In this document: piece by piece, positions 35,393 through 49,393 of the stretch
Position numbering within the stretch: the stretch's first letter is position 1
How the letters are laid out: each line of letters begins with the position of its first letter
Assembly (NCBI RefSeq): GCF_964355755.1
Contig: NC_092676.1
Span: 11,261,888 to 11,325,887, forward strand
Origin: Antedon mediterranea
Taxonomy: Eukaryota > Animalia > Echinodermata
Direction of reading: 5' to 3'
Length of the DNA stretch: 64,000 bases
Translations under genes and position numbers: made by a program
Notes under the pieces: generated by a model
Seen by the model: only the letters and a program-made list of their open reading frames with translations
What the model was told of the DNA's origin: nothing
Databases searched by the model: none

Positions 35393-36589
35393 CTACCAAC
35401 AGAAAAAAAATATTGTTACATCATAGCTTTACAAGACTATTATACTATTTTTTATTTCATAAGCGAAAACTATGTCAACTAAGCAACATGATCAACAAAA
35501 ACATTGCCCCTATATTTATTTAGTAGAAAAGTTAATGATAACATTAAGAAAGTAGAAAGAAAACCAACTATAATATAAAGTTAACAGTGTGTATAAATAT
35601 GAATGTGACTTATGCGATGCAAGTTAATTTGGATACGTGCCAACACCTCTACCAACGCATTGTTGAACATAACATGAATGATGTCAGACAATTAAAACCT
35701 AGTCTGAAAAAAAAACAAAAAATAGATTTGAACTCGTCACAACAACAACGCCACGTGCACATACGCTAGAAAATGCGAAACATAACAAGATTACAGCACT
35801 TATGACCTCATAATAATATGTTCGTGCTAAATTCTGTGCCTATTCAGTATATACTGTCTACATACAGTGTAGCATAGTTGAAATTACTGGACCCACCTTT
35901 TATTCAACTTCACGTAAATATCGATATGTTGTTACGAAATGTTATGTTACACGTTTTAGAGATATGCGACGCACAAAAATAGGGTGGAAAGAAGAACTAG
36001 ATTTGAACTGACGAGTTAGTTATCCGCACGACAAACGCCATGTGCACGTTATACATTGGAATTTTGAGCACAGAAAAATTGTTTACCATTATGACCTGAA
36101 CTGAGGAATATGATATTTTGTTCTGTGCTGAATTCTGTCTATTTTGTGTCATATAGTATATACAGTATAAACTGTATAATCTGTATAAATATTACATACA
36201 GTGTAGAATAGGTGAAATTATGGGACCCGCCATTTATATCAATTTTTAACATGGTGATGGTATAAAAATGAAACACTAAGATAGCAATTTCGGAAGGTAA
36301 TTATCTCAGCAACGACATATTAACGTGTAGAAGAAATTTGAAAAGTAACATAGATGCGCGCTCTTTTAAATGTGATGAACTATGACGCAAAAGATGAAAA
36401 TACAACTTTTTTTATTCAACTGGCCATATGATGACGTCACAACATCTGATTGGCAAAATGTTCACATGATCTACAATCAAATAGCTTCCAGAAAACGTTT
36501 TAATCATACTAATTTTACATTCGTGTGGCAATACGATGACGTCACAACAGACGAGAGGTAAAAAATCTGCATGAATTCATATCTACAAC

Positions 36590-37561
36590 CAGTGGTGGCG
36601 CCAGCGGAGGGGCTACGGGGACCAAAATGTGTAATGTAGTTATTTTCCAGGCGAAGTTTACCGACGGTTACGTCGTGTACTGTGTCGACGTACGCTACAC
36701 TACAGCAAAAACGAATTATGTTAATTGTTCGTATGTTGACCAATTTTTTAATTTACAAGTAACCTTCTGTACCGTGGGGCACCTAAAATAAATATTTCAT
36801 CCATTACTAAACAAAAAAACATGCCATTTTCGCTTAGCCAACATCTTATTATAGCTAAGTTATTAAAGTTTCAATGTCCTGTATGTCATGAATTTCTCAC
36901 TACTCGGAAGTCCAGATGGTACGCACGCATACACTTGGGAGGAATAAACTTATTTCCCCGACTGGAAAAGGTCTACGCTTGCATTTTTTAAGCCTCTGGG
37001 CCTGATGTTTCCAAAGTATAAAATGCAATTTTTTGAAGACCTGCAGCTCTAGTTTTAAACTTTTTCTTAGCTCAGCCCCAACAATAAAGCTGGTCATATT
37101 TCGAAGTACAAGAAGTGCATTTTCCGGGACCTAACCTCTCTATTTTTCAAACATTTCTTAGCTCAGTCACAACCATGATAGGGACTTATATATTTTGTTT
37201 CATGTTTTGAAGTATAATAAGTCCAATTTCCGGGACCTCCAACTCTATTTTTCAAAATTTTCTTTGAACTTTTATTTTTTAAATTGAAAAATATGGATTG
37301 AAACAGTCATCGCCCATCGTTTTTTTTGCTCGCAGTATTTTATTTATGCATTATAAAAAATGGAAAAAATGGCTACCCTAAATCTGATTAAAATGACCTC
37401 AAATTAATGACGCTAAAACGCGTTGCTTCCGGGGGCTTCGCCCCCTGGACCCACACCGGGGGCCCTTGGCGGCCCCCTGGCCCCCAGCCTAGTGATGCTC
37501 GCATAGCCCCCTCGTCGGGGAATGTAGCCCCCGCGTCGGAAAGATCCTGGCGCCACCCCTG
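36590..37561. mobile_element. hAT-like non-autonomous element, family C
   Basis: CAGTGGTGGCGCCAG ... CTGGCGCCACCCCTG termini. A second copy lacking the left terminus is at 55392-56314. No TSD. Confidence 0.75.
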
Positions 37562-38746
37562 TAACAGCGGAAGATATTCACTTTTCCATCTCTCCCAGAA
37601 ACGATCAGCCAAATATTGAGCTTGTTTCCAACTTCTCTGGAAGCAATTGGATTTCTCATCTGCTGAACAAAACTGTTCCACTCTAGACTTAAATTGTCTT
37701 ATAAAACGTTTGAATTCCAAGGATTCACCTGCAAATTTCTTAATTTCCATTTGTGGCTTCCGCATAGTCCTTATCACCTCGTTCATATCAGTAGAACCAA
37801 CATTTCTATTAGAAGAAAAAGAATCCTGACAACCCTGCCGGTTTTGCTGAAACAGATGAGTTTGCGTAACAGGAACTACCACAGGAGTCACTGTGTTCGA
37901 AGCTAAGCTAGGAATTGTAGTAGGAGCAGGATCTGCTTGAGCAAAGTTTTGGGTTGCCGTTACGTTTACGGGAACAGCAGGTACTACCACAGGAGCAACT
38001 GACATTAGCACAGGAATTGTAACATGGTCGGCTGGAGCAAAGGCTTGTGTTACATCACCAGGAACAACAGGGACTACAACAGGATCAAATGGGTCTAAAT
38101 TTAATACAGGAATAGTAGCAGGATCCGCTGGACCAAACGATAACACATTTCGTCGGTATGCACTATCTAGAAACCCTTCCATTGATGACTTACTTTTGTG
38201 GCTACCAGAACCACTTTCGCTTGCGAAATCCCTTGCAACATTCAATCTTGCTTCGGCGACGTCTATCTCTTCTTTTAAAGCGTTTTCTTCTTTTAACTGT
38301 TTGAGTTTGAACTCTTTCTGTTTCAGTTTGAACTCTTCGTGTTGAATTCTCTGCTTTTCTGTGAGAATTTACCGCCGCAGACTGCTCTACCTCTAGCACC
38401 GCAAACCAATCCTCTACTTTACAGTAGCTTTTAAGTTTGCCAACCACACATCTTTGTCTTCAAACCATTCATTATACATTATTCTCTCTTCCTCGTTCAG
38501 CAAGCCACAAATTTCATCATGAAGGAACATAAATTCACCATACACCATTAACCAATCTTGATGCACCTTAATCAGATTTTCTCTTGTAACTTCCTTATTC
38601 AACGAAGCTTTCAGTGCTTCTGACAAAAATTTAACACGATGCCACAACTCTTTGATTCCTTTCAGCTTTCGTTCCTTTTCATACTCTGCACCCTTCTCGG
38701 TCTTACGTTTTACTCTAACAGATTTCTCTGAAGCAGCTTCAGCCAT
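37562..38746 (-). pseudogene. BEL/Pao element 1: gag N-terminus fused by deletion to the integrase C-terminus
   Basis: MAEAASEKSVRVKRKTEKG, KPQMEIKKFAGESLEFKRFIRQF (DUF1759-like), then RSWKQAQYLADRFWERWKSEYLPLLQ (DUF5641-like). Confidence 0.85.
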
Positions 38747-39168
38747 CGTGGATATATCTTTGTAAATTTTATAACTGCACAAACAAGTTTCTTGCAAATG
38801 CGGAATTTAATTGTTCTCCGACTTGATCCGATTTACTATAACAAATAAATAATGATTACAAAATAATATATACGGTATATCATACAGTACAACATAAATA
38901 ATTCTATACAATAATAATAGACCTTACATGACAATCTAAATAAGTCATAGATAAAACAATACAATATAAATAATTCTTGGTTTAAAATAATTACAACTAT
39001 AATAACACTAATAATAATAATAATATGATAAGTCTCAATTGCTTACCGAAGATATGCCTGGATAACATGTGCAGCTATAGCTATACACTATATCAATTAC
39101 TACTGTACTACAGCTTTAGGCTTCTAAGTAAGCCTTGGTACATCTACCACTTCTATAGGCTTCTAAGT

Positions 39169-41540
39169 GGGTGCTGGTCAACCCGTACCCAAACCAACCC
39201 GTACCCATGCCAACTCGTACCCAACTTGGCTAACCCGTACCCAAATAATTGGTCAACTCGTACCCACTTTGGCTAACCCGTACCCAAACCAACCCGTACC
39301 CATGCCAACTCGTACCTAAATATTTGGCTTACTCGTACCCAAGTATTTGGCTTACTAGTACCCATTATTTGGCTTTCTCGTACCCATTATTTGGCTTACC
39401 CGTACCCATTTTTGGCTTACTCGTACCCATTATTTGGCCTACTCGTACCCAATTTGAATAATTACTTGTAATGATTTGATCGGCGCAAAACGGATGCTTT
39501 TGCCGTATGAATATTTTTATATTTAAATTGTTTTTTTATTTTACAGGTCTCGGTGAAATGTGTGCTAATAAAAAAATTAATGACCATTGATTTGATTGTA
39601 GACTTCGTTTAATTAGGCATATATTTGTTAACATTTATTTAAATGTAGTATTATAGTTTTATAAACGTATGTTTGATGTGTCTTTTTTATTTACGTAAGA
39701 GAAAATTAATTAATAAAAAAATATTTTAACTGTTGTATAGTTAGTATTACAATTCAATTAAGCCCAGGTAAAGTACCAACAACGTATAATTTTATACTTA
39801 TCAATTTTTATTCTTTTATTTTATTCTAATTATCTTCCCTGATTGCATTCGATCAAGTAATTATTATTTCTATTGTATTTGTATGTTCAAAATTGGTTGA
39901 ATTAACAACGCCCTGTTTTAAGCAAAAAGCCTGCAGGGGGCTATGGGGTCGAATTACTCGTAGATTTCGTGTTACGTGTTTTTGCTGACCGGGATTAACC
40001 TTTTATTACAAAAAACACGCATTTATAGGGCCGGCGTCAAAGAGACGACTCAGTAATGACGTATGATCGTTTTCCATATATTTTATTTATTAATAATTCA
40101 GTGAAATGATCATATACACGTACTGTCGTACTGTAAGGCAATTATTAAACATTTTGGCAGATTTTCTTCTATAACAGCTACGTACGTGTTTTTGCTGAAT
40201 GGGGATTCCTCTTTAATATTTAAAAAAAACGCATTTGTACGGGTCCATTTGTATTGTGTCCAAAAATAGACAACGCAATGTGGCGTATGATCGTTTTCTA
40301 TTTATTTTTTTTCTGAAATAATTCAGTAAAATTATCTGTTTGTTTACGGTAATTAAACATTTTTGGTAAATGTTTCCTCAATAACTTACAGCTACGTGTT
40401 TTTGCTGACGAGGGATTCCCTTTTTAAAAAAAAATACGCATTCTATGTGTCAAATAAGACAAATGAATGAACTACGATCGTTTTTCCATGGCAACGGATG
40501 TCGTTATTTACTAAAATAATATAAACGTTCTGAAGGCCTACCTACACGTGTCTGAGTACTTACGTATCTGTCAGCGATAAGATGATTTTTTTAAGTTTGT
40601 AGTATTTATTTCGGTTTTTAGTCATAATAATAAGCTACAGTAATAATCATTATAAAATGAAAACGTAATAACAGCAAATGTCGTCGTTTGTAATTAAATG
40701 TTAAATTATTGGGAGGTTACCTTTTATTATTACTCTCACATCCGTCATTGTATACTAGATAAACGGCAATAATCTAATCTACTACTAAGATGCTCATAGC
40801 AGCAATGAGGCTGGTATCCACTTAAATAGTTTCGTGATTTTAAAATACGAGTGACTACTTAAAAATGTATTAAATATTTTCGAAATGTTAAAACAGTTTA
40901 ATAATTTCCAAAACTTGCAAAACAAAACAACAAAAAACATTCGTTTTAAAACGATTTTCAAAAAGCACATTACTTCATTATCTGTAAAATAAAATGAAAA
41001 TACAAATTATGTATAAAAGATATTCATGTTTACTTTTAATAATTCAAGTTTTCATCATCACAGACTAGTGGGTATTTCAATTTCCGTGTACTACTATTTG
41101 TAGAAAATAATAGATGAATAACTCATAAATGAAAAAAAATAGAATGCAGCACAGCCGACCACTGACATCTTCCACAGTACAGAGCCATATAAAACAGCGC
41201 CCTCAAGTATTAACTTGACCAAATACGACGTACGCAATACGATGAAAGCTGTGCTTTTTTCGTACGAGTCTGTACATATTATTATACTTTTTAGGTCAAT
41301 AGTTTTTGCCATTATAATATCGAACATATGATTGGTATCTAAAAATTTAATAAAACTGGGTTTAAATGTAATATAAATATACTTTAAATAGCATTAAACT
41401 TGGGTACGGGCTAGCCAATGATGGGTACGGGTCAGCCAATGATGGGTACGGGTCAGCCAAAATTTTGGGTACGAGTAAGCCAAAATTTGGGTACGAGTTG
41501 GTGGGTACGAGTTGGCATGGGTACGGGTTGACCTGTATTC
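39169..41540. mobile_element. MULE-like non-autonomous element with ~20-bp CTCGTACCC subterminal arrays
   Basis: TIR core GGTCAACCCGTACCC, 8-9-bp TSD (C)TTCTAAGT, internal ~210-bp triplicate at ~39970-40490. Confidence 0.85.
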
Positions 41541-42014
41541 TTCTAAGTAAGCCTTGGTACATCTACCACTTCTATAGGCTTCTAAGTAAGCCTTGGTACA
41601 TCTACCACTTCTATAGGCTTCTAAGTAAGCCTTGGTACATCTACAGTGTACCACTTCTATAAGCTTCTAAGTAGGCCTTTTGTGCTTGCTAGGTCCTTAC
41701 CCAACAAGCCTAACTATCCAACTGCCAGCCACAGCCCAAGCAAGCTATGCCCTCATTAGCATAACCCATACCCATAACAAAAAGTCTTAGTAGTTATAGC
41801 TCTATAGCGGTTAGCCTTATAGTCTATCCGGCTTAGTAGATATAGAGCTGTCGCCTATTTATCACCTACTAGTAGATAGATATTTGATAGATTTTTTATA
41901 GTTGTTAGTAGATTTTTGCCTCATTAGCATATTTCGCGATGATATTAGTAGGCGACACCTACTAAATACAACTATGATTAGACTACCAATAATCTATCTA
42001 GAATGGATTCTTAA

Positions 42015-43060
42015 TTGGCTATTATTTGGCTTTTAAAAATCTACATTAATTTGCTATTTATGGGCTATTAAAAATCTACTAATTAAATGACTATTATTGG
42101 GCTATTAAAAATCTGTATAAATTGGCTATTATTTGGCAATTAAAAATCTACATAAAATGGCTATAATTTGTCTACTTAAAATCTACATTATTTGGCTATT
42201 AATATACTATTAAAAATCTACTAAATAATTGGCTATTATTCAACTACTAAAAATCTACATTATTTGCCTATTATTGGGCTATTAAAAATCTACATAAAAA
42301 TGGCTATTATTTGTCTACTAAAAATCTACATTATTTTGCTATTATTGGGCTATTAAAAATCTACTTAAAAATGGCTATTATTTGTCTACTAAAAATCTAC
42401 ATTATTTGGCTATTATTGGGCTATTAAAAATCTACATAAAAATGGCTATTATTTGTCTACTAAAAATCTACATTATTTGGCTATTATTGGGCTATTAAAA
42501 ATCTACATAAAAATGGCTATTATTTGTCTACTAAAAATCTACATTATTTGGCTATTATTGGGCTATTAAAAATCTACATAAAAATGGCTATTATTTGTCT
42601 ACTAAAAATCTACATTATTTGGATATTATTGGTCTATTAAAAATCTACTTAAAAATGGCTATTATTTGTCTACTAAAAATCTACATTATTTGGCTATTAT
42701 TGGTCTATTAAAAATCTACTTAAAAATGGCTATTATTTGTCTACTAAAAATCTACATTATTTGGCTATTATTGGGCTATTAAAAATCTACACTATTTGGC
42801 TATTATTGGGCTGTTAAAAATCTACTTAAAAATGGCTATTATTTGTCTACTAAAAATCTACATTATTTGGCTATTATTGGGCTATTAAAAATCTACATTA
42901 TTTGGCTATTATTGGGCTATTAACAATCTACATATAGATATTATTGGACTATTAAAAATCTACATATAACTATTATTGGGCTATTAACAATCTACATATA
43001 GATATTATTGGGCTATTAAAAATCTACATATAAATTGGCTATTAAAAATCTACATAAATT
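42015..43060. repeat. Minisatellite with ~35-bp monomer and 71-bp dimer periodicity
   Basis: TGGCTATTATTTGTC at 42301, 42372, 42443 and onward. Confidence 0.95.
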
Positions 43061-43210
43061 AACTACTGTTAATTTAGATACTTAAAATCTACAGAAATTA
43101 AAAATCTAATCTTTTCTGGCTAAAATACAGATACAGAACAATAATTCATCTTATTGGCAAATAACAAATGTATAATGACAATAATAATAACAAATTAATT
43201 TTTTTCTCGT

Positions 43211-43740
43211 ATTTGTAAACCTTAATCTTGTCCATACATATGCGAGTCCGAAAACTTTAAGCACATATTTTAACTCAGTTGGACATGTAAAAGGAAGAAT
43301 ACCAAACAACAACAGTTACTTTTGTAACAATTTAGACTTATTAAGTGAAACAAGACATTAGTAAACCAAATATACAGTATACATTTTATAAATTTATTTA
43401 ACAAAAAAATAAGATAGTACATTATTTGTAAACCTTAATATCTTAACCATTGCACATGTTTTAACTCAGCTGGACATGTAAAAGGAAGAATACCAAACAA
43501 CAACAACAGTTACTTTTGTAACAATTTAGACTTATTAAGTGAAACAAGACATTAGTAACCAAATATACAGTATACATTTTATAAATTTATTTAACAAAAA
43601 ATTAAGATAGTACAGTATTTGTAAACCTTAATATCTTAACCATAACATTGCACATGTTTTAACATCACTTTTGTAACAATCTAGACTTATCAAATGAAAC
43701 AAGACACAGTATCCAAATATACAGTATACATTTTATTTAA
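43211..43740. repeat. ~200-bp tandem triplication
   Basis: TGTAAACCTTAAT at 43215, 43427 and 43620. Confidence 0.85.
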
Positions 43741-44949
43741 ACTTCAAAATTCAAAACAATTCCTGAATGGAATTAGACCAGACAATAAGAAATGCACCAA
43801 ATATTGTCACTATTGACATGAAAAATTAATTACGCAAAAGCACACTTCACCATAAATTAATCATCTTTGCACTTGACCATCAAATTTGTACTTGTATAGG
43901 TTAAAGATCGTCTCTCTGAAAAAATAATTGTTTAAACATTTTTGTGTTGAATATGCCATTTGAATTTTGCTATACAAGGGCTACCTACCAGTAACCTATT
44001 AACAGACTATAAAGAAACTGATAATAGCCAGTAACTATTAATAAACTATTTATTTTATATACTTAGGCCTACTAAGAATTATTACAAATAGATACAGTAG
44101 ATATAGCTAGATGACCTAGGCCTCTAGGCCTAGATACTGCATTAGAAATCTATTATTTAAATATCACAGTTGTAATATCTATCAACTGCATACTTACAAT
44201 AGCTATACTAGGGCTACCAATAATAACCTATTAATAGACTAGGCTTAGGCCTATTAACAAACTGATAATAGGCCTAGGCAGCCCAGTATAACTATTTAGT
44301 ATTAATATTATAAACTAAAAAATCTATTTTATAATTGAACCCTGGAAAGTAGGCCTACAACTTGTGGCTTATTACTATGTTTTCATTTATGTACACACCT
44401 ATAATTATATTATACTGTATAATGCCATTGTTGAATAAATAAATGTTTTTTGAACAACAAATAGGCAATGTAGGGCCTAGGCTAACTAGGCCTAGTAGTA
44501 GGCCTATAAGCCTAGGCTATAAAGTATATTAGGCTAGGCTATTATAATTATAAATTGAATGAAAAATGCCTAGTGCAATTTAAAAAAGACTAGGCCTAGG
44601 CTAGGGCCTACCTAGCTTAGTAGCCTAGCCTAGGCCTACTAACTAATACAGGCCTGGCTAGCTTATAGAGCCTACTAGAGGCCTACTAGCCTAGCTTCTA
44701 GCCTATCAAAAAGGAAAACTTTAACTTTAACAAATAAAATGTAAAGATATGGATTGATTCACTTACCACTAAACTGACATTGTGGTTGGAATAAAAATAA
44801 ACATTCATGGTCTGATCGAAAAGGCCTACAACAAGCGAATGCTCCTTTTTTCTCTGATCATCTGCATCGTGCCTGCTGCTGCTGCAAAAAAGAAGCGGGA
44901 ATTTGGGTGTAACAATTGTTATACACACGCACTAATATATAGACAACGG

Positions 44950-47175
44950 CTATCTATATCCTATTAACAAACTACATTTTACATTTTACATTTAACTTAT
45001 ATTCCATACCTACTAAATATCTATTATATATAGATAGATGGAGGCTACTACAAGTCTATTAGAAATCTATGAGTAACACAGTTTTGTATTAATCTATCAA
45101 CTGTCTACTTATAATAGATAGACAGCAGCTATCTATAACCTATTAACAAACTACATTTAACTTATATTCCATACCTACTAAATATCTATTATATATAGAT
45201 AGATGGAGGCTACTACAAGTCTATTAGAAATCTATGAGTAACACAGTTTTGTATTATCTATCAACTGTCTACTTATAATAGATAGACAACAGCTATCTAT
45301 AACCTATTAACAAACTACGTTTAACATATATTCCATACCTACTAAATATCTATTATATATAGATAGATGGAGACTACTACAAGTCTATTAGAAATCTATG
45401 AGTAACACAGTTTTGTATTATCTATCAACTGTCTACTTATAATAGATAGACAACAGCTATCTATAACCTATTAACAAACTACGTTTAACTTATATTCCAT
45501 ACCTACTAAATATCTATTATATATAGATAGATGGAGACTACTACAAGTCTATTAGAAATCTATGAGTAACACAGTTTTGTATTATCTATCAACTGTCTAC
45601 TTATAATAGATAGACAACAGCTATCTATAACCTATTAACAAACTACGTTTAACTTATATTCCATACCTACTAAATATCTATTATATATAGATAGATGGAG
45701 ACTACTACAAGTCTATTAGAAATCTATGAGTAACACAGTTTTGTATTATCAACTGTCTACTTATAATAGATAGACAACAGCTATCTATAACCTATTAACA
45801 AACTACGTTTAACATATATTCCATACCTACTAAATATCTATTATATATAGATAGATGGAGACTACTACAAGTCTATTAGAAATCTATGAGTAACACAGTT
45901 TTGTATTATCTATCAACTGTCTACTTATAATAGATAGACAACAGCTATCTATAACCTATTAACAAACTACGTTTAACTTATATTCCATACCTACTATATC
46001 TATTATATATAGTTAGATGGAGACTACTACAAGTCTATTAGAAATCTATGAGTAACACAGTTTTGTATTATCTATCAACTGTCTACTTATAATAGATAGA
46101 CAACAGCTATCTATAACCTATTAACAAACTACGTTTAACATATATTCCATACCTACTAAATCTCTATTATATATAGATAGATGGAGACTACTACAAGTCT
46201 ATTAGAAATCTATGAGTAACACAGTTTTGTATTATCTATCAACTGTCTACTTATAATAGATAGACAGCAGCTATCTATAACCTATTAACAAACTACATTT
46301 AACTTATATTCCATACCTACTAAATATCTATTATATATAGATAGCTGGAGACTACTACAAGTCTATTAGAAATCTATGAGTAACACAGTTTTGTATTATC
46401 TATCAACTGTCTATTTATAATAGATAGACAACAGCTATCTATAACCTATTAACAAACTACATTTAACTTATATTCCATACCTACTAAATATCTATTATAT
46501 ATAGATAGATGGAGACTACTACAAGTCTATTAGAAATCTATGAGTAACACAGTTTTGTATTATCTATCAACTGTCTACTTATAATAGATAGACAACAGCT
46601 ATCTATAACCTATTAACAAACTACGTTTAACTTATATTCCATACCTACTAAATATCTATTATATATAGATAGATGGCGACTACTACAAGTCTATTAGAAA
46701 TCTATGAGTAATACAGTTTTGTATTATCTATCAACTGTCTACTTATAATAGATAGACAACAGCTATCTATAACCTATTAACAAACTACATTTAACTTATA
46801 TTCCATACCTACTAAATATCTATTATATATAGATAGATGGAGACTACTACAAGTCTATTAGAAATCTATGAGTAACACAGTTTTGTATTATCTATCAACT
46901 GTCTACTTATAATAGATAGACAGCAGCTATCTATAACCTATTAACAAACTACGTTTAACTTATATTCCATACCTACTAAATATCTATTATATATAGATAG
47001 ATGGAGACTACTACAAGTCTATTAGAAATCTATGAGTAACACAGTTTTGTATTATCTATCAACTGTCTACTTATATTAGATAGACAACAGCTATCTATAA
47101 CCTATTAACAAACTACGTTTAACTTATATTCCATACCTACTAAATATCTATTATATATAGATAGATGGAGACTAT
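44950..47175. repeat. 164-bp satellite, ~13.5 highly similar units
   Basis: TTCCATACC at 45002, 45167, 45331, 45495 through 47129. Confidence 0.97.
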
Positions 47176-47811
47176 TCCCTGTCTACATAAAAACTCTTAA
47201 GGTGAAAAATATCTATTAAAAACTACTAACAATGGTGTAGCTTAAAGGCCTACTTTAAATAGTGCTACATCAACTATGATACAACTACTTACTGTGTACT
47301 TTTAATAGGTAGTACCTATTATGTCACCTATCTATTTTATGTAGTCAGAAAGTAGTCAAAGAAATTATGATAAAATCCTTAGTAGCCAAGAGAAAAAAAC
47401 TACTAACGGCCTATTAAGCCTACTAAGGATAGAGCTATTTCTATTAAAGACTATCTAAATCTACTTAGTTATTTCGTTATGGGTATGGATGGTCACCTGT
47501 TCACTTGACACCCTTCAGTGAACACAAGCACAGTATACCTAGCTTGGATTTGGAACTTACACTATACAAACAATCATTCATAATTAAAGTTGCCATTCAT
47601 GAGAAAATTCCTGTATTCAAAAGTCATGTGATTGTAATGTAATGCACAATTACAAATTGGGTATACAACCCAGGATTACTAAGAGATCAGTACCTTTGTT
47701 CAAGTCAGTTCAATGATTGATTGCTGCATTGTTAAGGTATCAGCCGGGGTATCAGCAAACTAATACAGTAGGCCTACAGTTGTTTTATATGTAATCTAAA
47801 CACACACTGTC

Positions 47812-48893
47812 GGGTGTCACGAAAGCTCAGACCACGAAAGCTCAGACCCCCTAAGACCTAAGATCACGAAAGCTAAGACCCAACACCTAAGATTACAAAT
47901 ACTAAGATATACTACAGCTTAAAAACAATACTTGTTTATCCATACATAATTTTAAACACAGTAGGTTTCATTTATTACCATAAATATAATTTAATACTAC
48001 CGCAAAACATAGATAAACTCACATTATTTTCGCCCGTTGAGTAAATGTATATTTTTTCTTTACAACAAACAAACTTGACGGGTTGTTTGTTGGTATATAT
48101 TTACTCCATTGTGTTGCTTCAGAGGATGTTTTTCTTACGCACCTGCCTTTCTTGTATTTTGACTCCAAATTTGTTGATTAACTTTATCCTGAACACCACA
48201 CTTTAAAATTAGGACTTATAAGTACTTTCAGAAGGAGAAACACATAATAACAAATAAATAAATCCTTTAAATTGATGATTTTACAGATGTGTTTCTTTGT
48301 ATACTGTAATGACAATGTAACTCCTCGAGCTCCCCATGCTCAATGTTTTTGTTTCTATGGAGCGCCAAAAGAGCAACAATAATAGTACAAGTATAAAAAC
48401 AGAAAGAAAACGAAACAAAAAAACTTATCATGATTTTTAAATTAAAATTTATTTGCCAGTATTTATTTCTTCGTACTTGCATGATTATACTATTATCATT
48501 TTAATTTTACATTGTTCCATCCACACTGTAGAGATGGACTCCACAGAGTTTTCAGCCCTCTATATAATTTTTGCTCTTTTGACGTTCCATAGAAACAAAA
48601 ACATTGAACATGGCCCATGGGGTAGGCCTACTGTACTGTAGGCTAGTCATGTTGTGTGCTAGAAAAACGTCTGTAAAATCATCAATTTAAAAATGTATTT
48701 GTTACTTTTTATGTGATTCTTTTTCATGAAAGTGCCAATTCTAAGGTGTGGTATTCAGAATAAATGTTGGGAGTTAAAAATACAAGGCAGGTGCGAAAGA
48801 TAAATATTTGTAATCTTAGGTGTTGGGTCTTAGCTTTCGTGATCTTAGGTCTTAGGGGTCTGAGCTTTCGTGGTCTGAGCTTTCGTGACACCC
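47812..48893 (-). mobile_element. Family A, copy 2 (opposite orientation)
   Basis: Same TIRs; 10-bp TSD ACACACTGTC. Confidence 0.92.
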
Positions 48894-48903
48894 ACACACT
48901 GTC

Positions 48904-49060
48904 CCTCTGCCTCAGCTTCGTTCATCTTCTAAACATCTATTGAAATTTCTATCTCTTCAGCACAAAACCAAAACATATGGTCAACGTGCCTTCTCTTTTC
49001 AAGGCCCTCTTGGAACTTGTTACGATTTTCTGTTCGTAATTCTTTTTTGTAAATCATGTT
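48904..49060 (+). pseudogene. L2-type LINE 3' remnant next to family A copy 2
   Basis: QLRSSSKHLL..TKTYGQRAFSF..LWNLL across frameshifts. Confidence 0.6.
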
Positions 49061-49393
49061 TTCATATTTTTAATATCACAATTTATGACATTATAGCCTT
49101 TGCATTTTAGCCTCCGTATTTTTCTCTCTTTAGTAAGGCCACTTTTATTTCAGTATAACAAAGCATAATTGTAACCTATAAAGGTTTTATCATTTTCTTA
49201 ATGAATATGTTTATAGTGCATAGTTATAGTTTTTTCTGACAATTTTTAAATTGACTTTTAAATGATAAACCATTTTAATTATTAACAATAACTTATACCT
49301 TAGGCAAATCCACTTAATATATCTTTTTATTTAAAGAATACTTATGGTGTTTGATTTCTTTGCCTCTTGTAATTTACATTATCTTATGGTGTT

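Larger units (their letters stand above)
41771..47483. mobile_element. Non-coding CCC-terminal (CMC/EnSpm-like) element carrying two satellite arrays
   Basis: TA|CCCATAACAAAA ... TTTCGTTATGGG|TA. No transposase ORF. Superfamily is inferred from the termini. Confidence 0.7.
38837..47524 (-). repeat. Probable 5' LTR of BEL element 1 (~590 bp net), split by two large insertions
   Basis: Pieces 38837-39168, 41549-41770 and 47486-47524 rejoin once the insertions are removed. Starts TGTTCAC on the minus strand; contains 39-bp tandem repeats. The inner end is degenerate. Confidence 0.55.

Noticed and set aside
37388-38245. 285-aa ORF as a novel protein
   Set aside because: Chimera of BEL gag, BEL integrase tail and read-through into a hAT-like terminus.
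42015-47175. Regular arrays as possible CRISPR
   Set aside because: No unique spacers, no cas genes, eukaryotic context; these are satellites.
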